Below are positions 45,013-60,300 of a stretch of DNA of 124,000 bases, piece by piece. Position numbers and translations under genes: made by a program. The notes beneath the pieces were generated by a model, which worked only from the letters and a program-made list of their open reading frames with translations, had not been told where the DNA came from and did not search any database. Origin of the DNA: Octopus vulgaris (lineage: Eukaryota); NCBI GenBank assembly GCA_951406725.2, contig OX597815.1, forward strand, positions 35,608,001 through 35,732,000, in the 5' to 3' direction. Position 1 is the stretch's first letter; each line of letters starts with the position of its first letter.

Positions 45013-46275
45013 ATAACAGATCCTCTCATAAGTTCAGTTCGATTTTATCTTTTTTTTAATTGAATAAAATTTAATAGAATTTTAGAATATCTAATGGAAT
45101 TTAAAATTATTTTTATGCATTTGTGTACATTTAAACTAATTAAAAATTATTTTACAGAATAACAGAATTAAAATTTCTTTGATTAAAACCCTTTCTAACA
45201 TGGAAGTATCCAAAGAGCATTTGAGGCACATAATGCTTTATGAGTACAATAAAAGGAAACTCTGCAGCCGAGCAACTCGAAATATACACTCAGATTATGG
45301 GAAAGAATGCTTGAATCAAAGATGGTTTGCAAAATTCAGAAGTGGAGATTTCAACCTCAAAGATGAAGATCCAACAGGACTTCCCGTTGAGTTTGATGAT
45401 AAGCTCCTTAAGGTATTACTTGAAGAAAATCCTGCATTATCAGTTGAAGAATTTGGCAATAAAGCTTAGTTCAAACCACACAACTGTTCATCGTCATCTT
45501 CAACAACTTGGAAAGGTTCCTAAACTTGGAAAATGGGTGCCTCATGAATTGTCCGAAAACAACCGCAAATCCCGACTTGACATCTGCTCTTCTTTCCATT
45601 CCCGCGAACTCATTTCACCCTTTTTGGATAGACTTGTGACTGGTGACGAAAAGTGGATCTTCCATCGAAATGTTAAACGTTGTAAACAGTGGCTTGGTAA
45701 AAAGGAAAAAGTTCAACCACAACCGAGAAGGGAACTTTATGGGGAAAAGGTTCTTCTCTCTATCCGGTGGGATTGTAAAGGAGTAACTCACTTTGAATTG
45801 TTACCACCTAATGCAACAATCAAAGCCCAAGTCTACTGTCAGCAATTAGAGTATTTCAACCAAACTTTGAAGGAAAAGAGACCTGCTTTAGTGAATCGGA
45901 ATGGAGTGATGTTTCATGAGAACAATGCGCAACCCACACACAGAAGGTCGAAGAACTTGGGAAAAAATTCCTCATCCACCTTATTCTCCCGACCTTGCTC
46001 CTTCAGACTACCATTTGTTTCGTAGTTTACAGAATCATTTAGGGGACATAACTTTCGCAAGCCAGGAGGAGGTCGAAACTGACATTTCAGAGTTGTTCGC
46101 TTAGAAACCAAAAGAGTTTTACATTGATTGGCTTAAAAAGCTTGTAAGTAGATGGAAGGAAGTCATAGATAATCAGGGAAAGTACATTGATGATTAAATT
46201 TCGATTAAGTATAACATTTGACCACTTGTTTTCTTTATTCAAAATTCGGACAGAACTTATGGGATGACCTGATAT
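45013..46275 (+). mobile_element. Near-full-length degenerate mariner (DD34D)
   Basis: WVPHEL, VTGDEKW and YSPDLAPSDYHLF motifs; ~28-bp TIRs; frameshifted. Confidence 0.95.
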
Positions 46276-46806
46276 ATATATAGCGGACTTATTCATTTGC
46301 CACCCACCAGATCCGCTCACAAGGTTTTTGGTCAGCCCAGGGTTATAGTAGAACACATTTGGCCAGAGTGCCACACTGAGACTGAATTCAGAACTATATA
46401 GTTGGGTATAGGCGGCGAGCTGGCAGAAACGTTAGCAGGCCGGGCGAAATGCGTAGCCGTATTTCGTCTGCCGTTACATTCTCAGTTCAAATTCCGCCGA
46501 GGTCGACTTTGCCTTTCATCCTTTCGAGGTCGATAAATTAAGTACCAGTGACGCATTGATGTAGATATAATCGACTTAATACTTTGTCCTTGTTTGTCCC
46601 CTCTATGTTTTGCTTCTTGTGGGTAATAAAGAAATATATATAGCTGGGAAGCAAATTTCCTTCCATATAGACACTCCAGCGTCTTTAATATATTTTTAAT
46701 GTGTTTATCTTTTATTTTTCACTTGTTTGACATTAGACCGCAGCCATGTTGTGCAACACTAGCATCACTTGTCAAACGGTGAAGGGGGACAAATAGACAG
46801 AAACAG

Positions 46807-46851
<45 letters not shown>

Positions 46852-47266
46852 AATACATACGACTGGCTTCTTCCAGCTTCCCTCTACTGAATCCCCTTAC
46901 AACCATGTGGTCGGGAAGCAAGCTACTTACCACACAGCCACGCCTTCTTTATTTATTAGTAACCAAGAAGGAATTTTTTTTATTTAAAAACTTAACTTAT
47001 TTATTATTTCTTATCATTAGTCATAGTCTTATTATTTTATTTGTTTCAGTCATATGACTGCAGCCACGCTGGAGCACCGCCTTTTAGTCGAGCAAATCGA
47101 GCCCAACACTTATTCGACTCCAGTACTTATTCTATCGGGCTCTTTTGCCGAACCGCTAAGTTACGGGTGACGTAAACTCACCAGCATTGGTTGTCAAGTG
47201 ATGTTGTGGGGGACCAACGCAGATACCACAAACATATACACACACGCACGCACACACACGCACACA

Positions 47267-47330
<64 letters not shown>

Positions 47331-48007
47331 GGGGCTTCTTTCAATTTCCGTCAACCAAATCCACTCACAAGGCTTTGGTCGGCTGCCCAAAGTGCCACGC
47401 AGTAGGACTAAACCCGGAACTATGTGGTTGGTAAGCCACTCCTGCGCTTATGTTAACTAATTTCAATCAGTTTCGGATGTGGATTCCACGTGATAGAAGT
47501 TTACAAACTTCACAAGTTCAAACCTAGAAGAGGTCAACTTTGACGTTTATTCTTCCAGGCTGGATATTATTAGTACCAGTTGCTGTTGCTACTGTTTAGC
47601 CCATGGTCAATCTTGAGCAAGTACACCTGTGTATCCCAGTCTTCCTGTATCTAAAATTACACAATGGAAATGTGTCTCTATTTTAAAGTATGGTTTGGGA
47701 GAGATTTGACTGCTATTTCTAATCGATGGAAAGGCTATGTAGTGGTTTCCTTTTTGGTTCGACACGTACCAGTAAAATATTCGGATAAGTTTGATTATGG
47801 TCTCTAGAAGAATCGTTAGAGCGACGGTCAAAATGCTTAGCAGTATTTCTTCCGACTTTATGTCCTGGGTTCAAATGCCTCCGAAACCGACTTTAGTTTT
47901 CATCCTTTCGGGGTCGATAAAGTAAGTACCAGTTGAACATTGGGGTCGAGCTAATTGATTTATTCCCCCTCACCTAAAATTGCTAGTCTTGTACCAAAAT
48001 TTAAAAC

Positions 48008-48083
<76 letters not shown>

Positions 48084-48527
48084 ATTATTATGTAAAAGGT
48101 GGCGAGCTGATAGAATCGTTAGCACGCAGGGCGAAATGCTTTGCGGCACTTGGTCTGTCTGCACGTTCTGAGTTCAAATTACGCCGAAATCGACTTTACC
48201 TTTCATCCTTTCGGGGTCGATAAAATAAGTACCAGTTACGCACTGATTCGATGTAATCGTCTTAATCCCTTCCCCCAAATTTGAGGCCTTGTGCTTCCAG
48301 AAGAAATAATTATTATTATTATTAAGATAGTCAGGTGGCAGAACTGGTAGCACGCCGGGTAAAATGCTTAGCGGCATTTCGTCCGTTTTTGCGTTCTCAG
48401 TTGAAATTCCACCAAAGTCGACTTTACCTTTCATGCTTTCGGAGTCGATAAAATAAGTACCAGTTGAGCACTAGTTTCGATGTAATCGACTTAGCTCCAC
48501 CCCCACCTTGTGTCTTTAATAGAAAAG

Positions 48528-48584
<57 letters not shown>

Positions 48585-49339
48585 GAGTGCCACGTAGTAT
48601 TACTGGCTCATTCGTCTCAAAAATTAGTCGTAGACCGTTTAGAGAATAACTAACGTTTTGGGTGGATCACGTTATAAATAGATTCTCCTACTCTTATACA
48701 GAAGTAGTGGAGTTATAAAAATATATATTTATAGCAACATAAACTGAGACAGCGAGACAAGTTAATTGATCAAGCCATACAAGTGGATCGGTGTTGGTAA
48801 CAACAGGATGTCATTCGTCGTTCCGTCATCTCGTAATCCAAACAACCAACCGCATCTGTCAACAGTAGCTATGTTTTTGAATCCTTGTCACAAAAATCTA
48901 AACACGTACATTTAAAAATGATCAAATTTCAGGTTCTGTGACCGAAACAGTTATTCTCTAACAAAATACCTTGCTGTATTTGATTGAAATTTCTTCACGT
49001 TTTGATTTCAAATCTCACCGAGGTCTTTCATCCCTCTGAGGTCGATAGAATAAGTTTCCAGTCAAGTACTGGAATCAATGTAATCGACTCCCCCACCCAC
49101 ACACACAGCCTCAAAAACTGCTGAAATTATTGGAGAGGTGGATGAAATGTCCGAATCGTTGGAACGTCGAAGAAAATGCTTTTCCGTATTTGTTCCAGCT
49201 TCGTATGCTCAGAGTTCATATGTCACCTTTTGGAATCGATAAAGTAAGGTACCAGTCAAGTATTTATAATTTTTCGTTATAATCGAATATTGCAGCCTCC
49301 CTCAAAATTGCGCTTGAATTGGTTTCAAATGTGTGGCAC

Positions 49340-49935
49340 AAGGCCAGCAATTTCGATGGCGGAGTTAAGACGATTACTTCGACTCCAATGTTCAACTGGT
49401 ACTTATGTTATCGACCTTGAAAGAATGAACGGCAAAGTCGACCTCGGCGGAATTTGAACTCGGAACGTAAAGATGGACGAAATACCTATTTCTTTATTAC
49501 CCACAAGGGGCTAAACACAGAGGGGACAAACAAGGACAGACACACGGATTAAGCCGATTACATCGACTCCAGTGCGTAACTGGTACTTATTTAATCGACC
49601 CCCGAAAGGACGAAAGGCAAAGTCGACCTCGGCGGAATTTGAACTCACAACATAACGGCAAACGAAATACCTATTTCTTTACTACCCACAAGGGGCTAAA
49701 CACAGACGGGACAAACAAGGACAGACAAACGGATTAAGTCGATTACATCGACCCCAGTGCGTAACTAGTACTTATTTAATCGACCCCGAAATGATGAAAG
49801 GCAAAGTCGACCTCGGCGGAATTTGAACTCAGAACGTAACAGCAGACGAAATACCGCAAAGCATTTCGCCCGGCGTGCTAACGTTCTCACAACGTAACGG
49901 CAGACGAAATACCGCTAAGCATTTCGCCCGGTGTG
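49340..49935 (-). mobile_element. Head-to-tail array of SINE family A
   Basis: Three bodies joined at gaaatac|ctatttc junctions. Confidence 0.9.
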
Positions 49936-50200
49936 AAAACTTGCTGCCTTAAAAGATTGTGTCTAAATTAAAGATAATTAAGGGCAGCGAATTAGCAGAA
50001 TCGTTGGCGCATTGGGCAAAATGTCTTGCAGTATTTTGTTGCATCATTCTGTTTTGAGACCAAATCCATTTTGTGCGTGATGTAACATTACGACGACTGA
50101 TGACAACATTTCGACAACGAAACATTCAACGATGGAAGTTTTAACGAGTTTTAAAGAATAAAGTCATGTGAAATGTTCGGACAGGCATGTAATGCGAAAA

Positions 50201-50245
<45 letters not shown>

Positions 50246-50361
50246 ACACACACGCACACACAAATACATAAACTGAAATTAAACGTTAAATTACAAAAAA
50301 ACTTTTTTTTTTTTTTTTAGTAATTCAACTCTTGGAGTTTGTCAAACAAATTACAATTTTC

Positions 50362-50882
50362 GGCGGAATTCTGGTTTAAGCACCCCCATAAGCCCCCAGA
50401 ACTATTTTAGTTTTTGGAATCTACAGAAAATTTTCGCGAATTTCTATTCTAGACACAGGAATTCATACAATTATGCAAAAAAAATAATAATAATTTCTTT
50501 AACCATCAACCCAATAAACTCTTCAAATTCCACTGTTTTCGAAATTTTTAAAAATCAGGGTTTAAAATAAGGACACTCCGAATTGTTTGCTTAAATCCCA
50601 GCTGTAGACCACACTTGAGTGCATCATCGTTCAGTTTAATGATATTATAGAGAAAAGGGTATTGAAAACATCAATACATGTCGGAGTGACAAAGAAACGA
50701 GGAAGGTATCAGGTGGTCGTGAGTTGTGCTAAAGCAACAACTAAATCACCTTTAAATCACACACTTTTTTTTTTCATAATCGTATAAATTCCCGTGTGTA
50801 GAACATAAAATTCGCAAAAATTTTCTGTAGATTCCAAAACTTTTTTAAAAAAAGTTATGAGTGCTTAAGTCAGCATTCTGCC
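50362..50882. mobile_element. Merlin-type MITE with 8-bp TSD
   Basis: ~110-bp imperfect TIRs starting GGC; TSD caattttc on both sides; the TIR is homologous to 9138-9250. Confidence 0.8.
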
Positions 50883-52256
50883 CAATTTTCATATCTCATG
50901 AGCCATATCAACTCGCAGAAATATGAATCAACCATAGAAGGGTGGATCCCACAGCGACAGTAATAGACGGGTACAAGCAGGAAACCACAATGCTACTGAC
51001 GAGTCAGCAAGCTACAAAACAGCTTGGCTTGGAAACAGGCACCAATATATCTGTGGTTTTCGACAAGCTAAAATTACCCCAAATCTGCTAACTTCAAAAG
51101 CTATTAACTTTTTATTAATTAATTTATAGGCGCAGGAGTGGCTGTGTGGTAAGAAGCTTGCTTACTAGTCACATGGTTCCGGGTTCATGCCCACTGCGTG
51201 GCACCTTGGGCGTTTTCTACTATAACCTCGGGCCGACCAAAGCCTTGTGAGTGGATTTGGTAGACGGAAACAGAAAAAAGCCCGTCGTATATATGTGTAT
51301 ATGTATATATATGTATGTATGTGTGTGTATGTTTGTGTGTCTGTGTTTGTCCCCCCAACATCGCTTGACAACCGATGCTGGTGTGTTTACGTACCCGTAA
51401 CTTAGAGGTTCGTTAAAAGAGGCCGATAGAATAAGTACTAGGCTTACAAAGAATAAGTCGTGGGATCGATTTGCTCGACTAAAGGCAGTGCTCCAGCATG
51501 GCCACAGTCACATGACTGAAACAAGTAAAAGAGTTCTGATGGAAATGAATTTCATTTCCATAATTAGCATACAAAACTAAATCAATACTCCAAATTTGAA
51601 ATCAATTGGAACAAAATTGAAGGAATTGAAAAGTGAAAGCCAAACAGAGAAGATTCGAAATGGATGATTTTGTTGCACACTTCATGAGTAATACTAGCAT
51701 TTCAAAGCAGAAAGAGCATTCACCGAAGGCGATCGCTAATCCTTCCACGAAGGCTAAACCTTTCACTACAACGGACAACGACAACATTGAGAAAGAGAAA
51801 ATTGTTGCGTGAAGTTCCCATGAAGATCGTGCCACATGACTTTGAGAGAAAAATTAAGGTTAATTGTTTTGCCGTAAAAATGTGCAGACAGAAAGAGCAC
51901 TGAGTCATAGTCAGTCGGAAGCTTTCGAAATATGATAAAAACTTTTCTGAAAATGTGAGAGAACAAATGGTGGAACGTGGGTGGATGGCTACGACGTTGA
52001 GACAAAATGACAGTCGGTCATCGACATTAGTTGGGTCATCATCGCTGTGGGGAAAGGAAAAGCTTGTCAACACAACAGCCGTTACCTCCACCGCTACCAC
52101 CATAATCACAGCCACCACCAGCAGCTCCACCGACATCATCACATCGCCACCAGTTCCACCACCATCACCATCACCACCACCACCACCACCACCACCACCA
52201 CTCGAATCACTATTAACATTATCACCAGCACCACCATCGATACCATTAAAATCAAC

Positions 52257-52290
<34 letters not shown>

Positions 52291-53014
52291 ACAGTGCCGC
52301 CACTACCACCACCATCACCACCACCACCACCACCCGAATCACAATTAACATTATCACCAGCACCACCATCGATACCATTAAAATCAACACCACCACCACC
52401 ACCACCACCATCATGATCATCAACAGTGCCGCCACTACCACCGTCATCACCAGCAAGACGAAGCATCGCAGAAGCAACTCCACAGGCTGGCATTAAATTA
52501 CTCACAGGCACGCTTCAGCACTACAAGCAGCGACACCACCAACACCACATCCTACGGTACTGCTACCAGCTCCACCAACACTATCGCCACCATGAAACAC
52601 CATAAAACACCACCACGCCTGTCACCACTTACTTGTCGGTAGGAAGCGGCGGCTCACTGTTAGGCAACGTTGGCCTTGACAGACACACCACATTGTTTGA
52701 TTATGTAAGAGGCCAGTGAATCAGATGTTTGTCACACTAACGTCACGATTGTCCTCACCACACGCACTCGTATGCGACGTATGTGGTTGGTTGTGAGCAC
52801 TTTATACACGCGCGCGCACTTCTAGGGCCTCATTGAAGCAGAACAAGTAATCTTCGAAGATAATTAAACTACGCTAGGTTCTCACAAAAGTTGACATATG
52901 TGAGAACGTACTGAATAAGTTATTTAGTTTGGAGAACACTCCTCTGTGAGATTTTTCCCTAACCACATTGTTCATGACTGAATACAGTCTGATTTGATGT
53001 GGGTGGATAATTTA

Positions 53015-53103
<89 letters not shown>

Positions 53104-54255
53104 ACACACAGAGTATACACATCACATGCGCGCACGCACACATAACATTACACACACACAGGTATTCTTTCTCAAACACAAGCATAAACTTACATAAATT
53201 GGTGCATACAAGCACCTATACACACACACACACATACACTAACATTTTCTTGTGTCCATAGAATGCATACACACCAAGACATGCCTATATGCACATATAA
53301 ATAATTATATTCACATAAGAAAAATTATATGCATAAGCTGATATTACCAGGCATTTAGTAGATAAAAACTTTCGCCAGAGAGTATTTTAATATCTAAGAA
53401 CAAGCAGGGATTACAATTCCAATAATTTGAGATAACTGAAATTTTTAGGCAATATCAATAATGTAGACGTGATCTTTAAAGCAACTTGTGAAAGTAACAG
53501 ACAGGTTTTGGTCTTATTAGACGTCCTTGGCATACCATATTCTATTCATTTTGCAAGTCTTAGACTGATTAGTATAGAGAGAAAAATACAAGGATTATAA
53601 TGATACAGTTTGGGTTGGTTACTGGAGTTCTGAATGTGTAATTCAAATACAACGGGGTCTTACATATAAAATGTAATGTTGAAAACGCAGGCATAGCCAT
53701 AGCCGTGTTGTAAGAAGTTTGCTTTCCAACCACATGGTTCTGGGTTCAGTCCCACTACAAGGCACCCTGGGCAAGTGACTTCTACTATAGATCCGGGCCG
53801 AACAAAGCCTTGCGAGTGGATTTAACGGGCTGAAACTGAAAGAACCCCAACCTCATTATGTGTATGTGTGTGTGTGTGTGTGTGTGCGTGTGTGTGTGTC
53901 TGTGTGTGTGTGTCTGTGTGTGTGTCTATGTGTGTGTGTGTGTGTGTCTGTGTATGTGTATGTGTGTGTGTGTGTGTGTGTGTGCCTTTGTGCTCTTGTT
54001 TGTCCTCCACCACCTCTTTACAACCGGTGTTGGTTTGTTTACGTCCCCCGTAATTCAGCACTTCTACAAAAGAAACTGAAAGAAAAAGCACCAAGTTTAA
54101 GAGACTTCTGGAGTCGGTTTGTTCAGTTAAACCCTTCAAGGCGATACTCCAGCATGGCCGTAATCCAATGACTTAAACAAGCGAAAGAGATGCAAGTAGT
54201 AGACAAAATCTCGTTCTCATCTCCTGTCTTTGTCATTTGTTTTTTTGTAAATTCC

Positions 54256-54317
<62 letters not shown>

Positions 54318-54689
54318 GGAGATGTACTTGCATAGCGAGTGACTTGATCTGAGATCGTGTGCTGGAACGAAAACAATTAAGCGTGGAAGGTGTTTATAAG
54401 CCATTTAAGAAACACACAAAAACCGTTAGATTCACTTCAACATTTAAATTTAATTTGTCAAAATATTTTCGTCGCTTTGAGACCGCAACCTGTTCACTGA
54501 CAAAACTTCGTTCTGCATCTCAGAGTGCAGTGAATATATTGTCGTCTAAATTACGCAAAAATGAAAATAACACGGACATCTCATTTTAACAGATGTATTT
54601 ACCAAAATTATATAAAAATATCTTGAAATACTAAAGAGTAAATTTATTCAATAAAATCACCATTGGCTTCAACCACAGCCTCTAGACCA

Positions 54690-55260
54690 CTTCAGAATTT
54701 CCTGCAACTCCACTGGACGGTTTCCTTGTTTAAATTGGTCAATGCTGCCGTAATCCTTACCGACAGTTCATCATTTGTGTTACAAAAAGTTTAATTGGTC
54801 TCTCGCTCAACTGCGCTCCACACATAATAATCAAGGGAGTTGCATTCTGGGGAGTTAGGTTGCCAGATGTTAGGGGTGATGTGGTCGAAGAAATTGTCTG
54901 ACAGCCATGACTGGCTTCTCTAGTTTGTGTAGCTTGGTGCAGTGTCCTGTTGCCACTCCTCCAGGCACTTAATGTCCGCCTCGGTATTGAATCTGAGGCC
55001 GTGAGGGAAGATGAATGGAGGCATAACGTCGCCATCACTAGTGATCACTCAAAACACCATCATGTTGACTGTATGTTTGATTTTTATCACTCTCAGTACA
55101 CGCACTGTCCTCAGATCGACATCCAATCACTCTGAAATGTTCATATTGAAGCTTCCGGTGCGAATGCCAAGCAGTACAGTATGTTGTTTCCAAATTTCTG
55201 GAAGAGTTAATTTCGTCATGGTGCTGTTTTTCTCACAGACAGTCCAACTGACCCTACTAT
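54690..55260 (-). mobile_element. Tc1/mariner-superfamily transposase fragment
   Basis: (W)xPNSPECNSLDYYVWSAVERETN-like catalytic motif in a broken frame. Confidence 0.65.
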
Positions 55261-56288
55261 ACTGTGTAGTCAACAAAATCAAAAGCTAACAATGCGCATG
55301 CGTGAAATTAAAAATACAACAACGCGAGGACGTGGAACAAGTATAGTGTTACTGGGCGCTCATGAAAGGAAAGAAAGAAGGATTTAACGTTTCGAGCGGA
55401 GCTCTTCGTCATATATATAATGAAAGAATGGATATTACTAATGAGTGAAACGTAAACACACAAGAGATAAGTACAAGACAAAATTCCAAAAACATACGCA
55501 ATAAGTACAGGACATCACCAACGAGTGAAAAATACGTAGACACACGCGAGAAAAGTACAATGCAAAATACTAAAAGAAGATAATTCCTCATCAGTTGTCG
55601 GACTGTTTATTACTCCTATTTCATGCTTTTAATGACAATATAGGGACCTTCATAAGACAGCAGCATCCAGAAATTTAAAAAAAATTTTAATTTAAAAATT
55701 CATGGAAAGCCAGAGCTTCGAACGAATAAATAACGAAAGAGTGGACGTACAGAGTAAACAATCGACAAAGGGCTGTTAGGCCAAGACGAATCGTAATGAG
55801 TAATGCCTGGGAGAAATTTTATCAAGGAAATAGGATAACAGAAGGGAAGAAAATAGTAGAAGAGAATAATTAGAAGAGAAGAAAATAGTAGAAGAAAAAA
55901 ATTTCGAGAGTCGAGAAGAATTACATCCAACCCGATGAACGACCAGTCCAGAAAAGAAAGGGACAATAGAAATAGCCTGTAGTCACGTGTGAGTAACAGA
56001 GGTAGAGTGGAAGATGAACAAAAGAAATGATGAGGGAAAGAAACAAAAGAAGTGAGGAGAAGGGAGAAGGAACGACAGATAGTAGGGAGTGGAAGAAAGA
56101 CAGATAGGGGAAGCAAAGGTTATAGTGGGATAGAGAGAAAGAAAGAAAACAGTATGAAATCGCAGAAATTATGAATAAAAGTAAGAACTTGCTGTGGTCA
56201 AGGCTGCGTTGTTCTGTACACAATGTGTACTTTTCGTTTTATATATTCATAATTGAACGCCACGCAGTTTTGACCACAGTAAATTCTC

Positions 56289-56339
<51 letters not shown>

Positions 56340-56342
<3 letters not shown>

Positions 56343-59300
56343 GCATACCTCGTTTTACGTAACCCCGATTTACGAAACCTCAACTTTACGAATTGTTGAC
56401 GAGAAACAAAAACAAATGGTTAGTTACCATGGCAACGAGCGTCACTTCCGGCCTGGCAGCACTTGTTATCTCCAGCGATCGTCTGCAACTACTTTTTGGA
56501 TTTGAAGTGTGTCAGTGCCTGCCCGACTGGCTTCGCGCTAGCCTGCATTTTATCTTCCTTCATTCTATTCACTTCTTTATTTTTATTTTTATTTTTTACG
56601 CATTTTATTCTTTTGACTACCCTTGTGGTGGCTTCGAAAAGAAAGAATTCTGGAATGCAAAGCAAATATAAGAAGAAACGTAAAACAATTAATCTAGAAA
56701 TATAATACGGATTGATTAAACAACACGAAAAAGGTGCAACTTTTAAAGATTTATCAAAAAATTTGATATGGCTCCTTCATCTGTTTGTACCATCTTCAAG
56801 CCAAAAGAAAATTATTTCGATAAAGTTAAAGGATGTCATTCTCTAAATTCAACTTGGTTACGAAGAAGAGATAATGAAAGTTTAGTCTCACGCACAGAAA
56901 AACTTTTGACAGCTTGGATTAACGATCAAATTCATAGACGTCATATGCCACTTAGTCAGGCAATAATTGGTAGTAAAGCAATTTCACTTTTTAACTTGCT
57001 TAAGGATAAATCAGATGGATTAAATGAAGCCTTTTTAACAAGCAATGGTTGGTTCGATGGTTTCAAAAAAACAAGCAAATCTACACTTTTGCAATGGTTG
57101 GTTTGATGGTTTCAAAAAAACAAGCAAATCTACACTTTTGCAATGGTTGGTTTGATGGTTTCAAAAAAACAAGCAAATCTACACTTTTGCAATGGTTGGT
57201 TTGATGGTTTCAAAAAAACAAGCAAATCTACACTTTTGCAATGGTTGGTTTGATGGTTTCAAAAAAACAAGCAAATCTACACTTTTGCAATGGTTGGTTT
57301 GATGGTTTCAAAAAAACAAGCAAATCTACACTTTTGCAATGGTTGGTTTGATGGTTTCAAAAAAACAAGCAAATCTACACTTTTGCAATGGTTGGTTTGA
57401 TGGTTTCAAAAAAACAAGCAAATCTACACTTTTGCAATGGTTGGTTTGATGGTTTCAAAAAAACAAGCAAATCTACACTTTTGCAATGGTTGGTTTGATG
57501 GTTTCAAAAAAACAAGCAAATCTACACTTTTGCAATGGTTGGTTTGATGGTTTCAAAAAACAAGCAAATCTACACTTTTGCAATGGTTGGTTTGATGGTT
57601 TCAAAAAAACAAGCAAATCTACACTTTTGCAATGGTTGGTTCGATGGTTTCAAAAAACAAGCAAATCTACACTTTTGCAATGGTTGGTTTGATGGTTTCA
57701 AAAAAACAAGCAAATCTACACTTTTGCAATGGTTGGTTCGATGGTTTCAAAAAAACAAGCAAATCTACACTTTTGCAATGGTTGGTTTGATGGTTTCAAA
57801 AAAACAAGCAAATCTACACTTTTGCAATGGTTGGTTCGATGGTTTCAAAAAAACAAGCAAATCTACACTTTTGCAATGGTTGGTTCGATGGTTTCAAAAA
57901 ACAAGCAAATCTACACTTTTGCAATGGTTGGTTCGATGGTTTCAAAAAAACAAGCAAATCTACACTTTTGCAATGGTTGGTTTGATGGTTTCAAAAAAAC
58001 AAGCAAATCTACACTTTTGCAATGGTTGGTTCGATGGTTTCAAAAAAACAAGCAAATCTACACTTTTGCAATGGTTGGTTTGATGGTTTCAAAAAAACAA
58101 GCAAATCTACACTTTTGCAATGGTTGGTTCGATGGTTTCAAAAAAACAAGCAAATCTACACTTTTGCAATGGTTGGTTTGATGGTTTCAAAAAAACAAGC
58201 AAATCTACACTTTTGCAATGGTTGGTTCGATGGTTTCAAAAAAACAAGCAAATCTACACTTTTGCAATGGTTGGTTCGATGGTTTCAAAAAAACAAGCAA
58301 ATCTACACTTTTGCAATGGTTGGTTCGATGGTTTCAAAAAAACAAGCAAATCTACACTTTTGCAATGGTTGGTTTGATGGTTTCAAAAAAACAAGCAAAT
58401 CTACACTTTTGCAATGGTTGGTTTGATGGTTTCAAAAAAACAAGCAAATCTACACTTTTGCAATGGTTGGTTTGATGGTTTCAAAAAAACAAGCAAATCT
58501 ACACTTTTGCAATGGTTGGTTTGATGGTTTCAAAAAAACAAGCAAATCTACACTTTTGCAATGGTTGGTTTGATGGTTTCAAAAAAACAAGCAAATCTAC
58601 ACTTTGCAATGGTTGGTTTGATGGTTTCAAAAAAACAAGCAAATCTACACTTTTGCAATGGTTGGTTTGATGGTTTCAAAAAAACAAGCAAATCTACACT
58701 TTTGCAATGGTTGGTTTGATGGTTTCAAAAAAACAAGCAAATCTACACTTTTGCAATGGTTGGTTCGATGGTTTCAAAAAACAAGCAAATCTACACTTTT
58801 GCAATGGTTGGTTTGATGGTTTCAAAAAAACAAGCAAATCTACACTTTTGCAATGGTTGGTTTGATGGTTTCAAAAAAACAAGCAAATCTAAACAATGTA
58901 AAGATCCAAGGAGAATCGTCTAGCGGAGATCAAAAAGCCGCAGAAACAATTCCTCGCCAATTAGAAGATTTGGTTGAAGAAGAAGGCTGTCTCAAATATT
59001 TAATGTGGATAAAACGGGTCCATTTTGGAAACGAATGTCTTCAAGGATTTTTATTGCGAGAGAAAAATCTTCAAGGCCAGGATTCAAAGCTGCAAAAAAT
59101 GGGATAACATTGCTTCTGGGAGGAAATTTTGAAGAGGACTGCAAACTCAAGCTCATACTTAATTATCGATCTGAAAACACCCGTACTTTAGAAGGAATAG
59201 ACAAGACGAAACTTCCTATAATCTGGAAGCATAACAAAACAGTTTGGATGGCAGGAACTCTATTTGAAGATTGGTTTTCTTATCACTTTGTTCCCAAAAT

Positions 59301-60300
59301 GGAAAAAAATATTGTAAGGATAAATAATTCCTTTCAAGATTCTTTTGATAATGGATAGTGCTCCCAACCATGCTGCATTTTTAAAGCATCACCATCAAAA
59401 TATTAATGTTTTTTTTTTATACCTCCTAATACAACATCTTTATTGCAGCCTATGAATCAAGGAGTCATTTCATCGTTTAAATATTACTAATTCCTTTTCA
59501 CCTTTGAAAGACTCATCGGAGTGACTTATAAAGAAAATGGTTCTACGATTCAAGAATTTTGGAAGCGCTTCAACATCCTTGATGCAATAAAATTGATAAA
59601 GAAAGCATTGGATAAGATCGCCGTAAAGAACATGAAAGGAAATTGGAAAAATCTCTGTCCCAAATTAATTGACAATTTTGAAGGATTTGATAATCTTCAT
59701 GAAGGTCTTCAAAAAGAAACTGACACGCAAAGGAATCGAACTTAGAAATTTCACCTGAAGATATAAAAGAAGCTCTTTATGCTCACAGTGATGAAATTAC
59801 AAATGAAGAATTGCTAGAAATGAAGAAGTTTAAACGTGACAGAGAAGAAGAAGAAGAAGAAGAAGAAGAAGAAGAAGAAGAAGAAGAAGAAGAAGAAGAA
59901 GAAGAAGAAGAAGAAGAAGAAGAAGAAGAAGAAGAAGAAGAAGAAGAAGAAGAAGAAGAAGAAGAAGAAGAAGAAGAAGAAGAATGCCGGAGTGCATGAA
60001 ATCTTTGAGCAGCAAGGTGCCGATTTTGAAAGAAGCTCAACTGTTACTGCAAATTTAATGAGAGGTCATGCTTGTTATCGTGATATCTACTGTGAAATGA
60101 TGAAGAAATCTTTTCAACAAACAACTTTAGATAAGCTTTTAACGAAGAAAACTAATTCGGACCAAACAACAAAACAAAAAGAAACTCAACAAATGGAATT
60201 GACATGCTCTCAAGAGGCCCCAGTGACGTTAGACCCAATGGATACGAATTAAATTTCATGGGTTGAATATTTTGTTTTATAGGTTTTTCTATTTTTCATT
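56340..60300 (+). mobile_element. Tigger/pogo transposon, degenerate and interrupted by a satellite
   Basis: CENP-B HTH (HMPLSQAIIGSKA...FLTSNGWFDGFKK), MDKTGPFWKRM, MDSAPNH, PPNTTSLLQPMNQG; Tigger-like left TIR caagcatacctcg. Confidence 0.9.
57042..58891. repeat. 49-bp tandem satellite (~38 copies) inside the Tigger ORF
   Basis: Unit gcaatggttggtttgatggtttcaaaaaaacaagcaaatctacactttt; variants are mainly tt/tc and A-run length. Confidence 0.97.

Noticed and set aside
51720-52620. Pro/Thr/Gly-rich ORFs resembling extensin or mucin
   Set aside because: Derived from (CAC)n/(CAT)n repeats with an internal duplication; open in several frames on both strands.
59836-59983. Poly-E/K/S/L ORFs
   Set aside because: (GAA)n expansion inside the Tigger C-terminal region.
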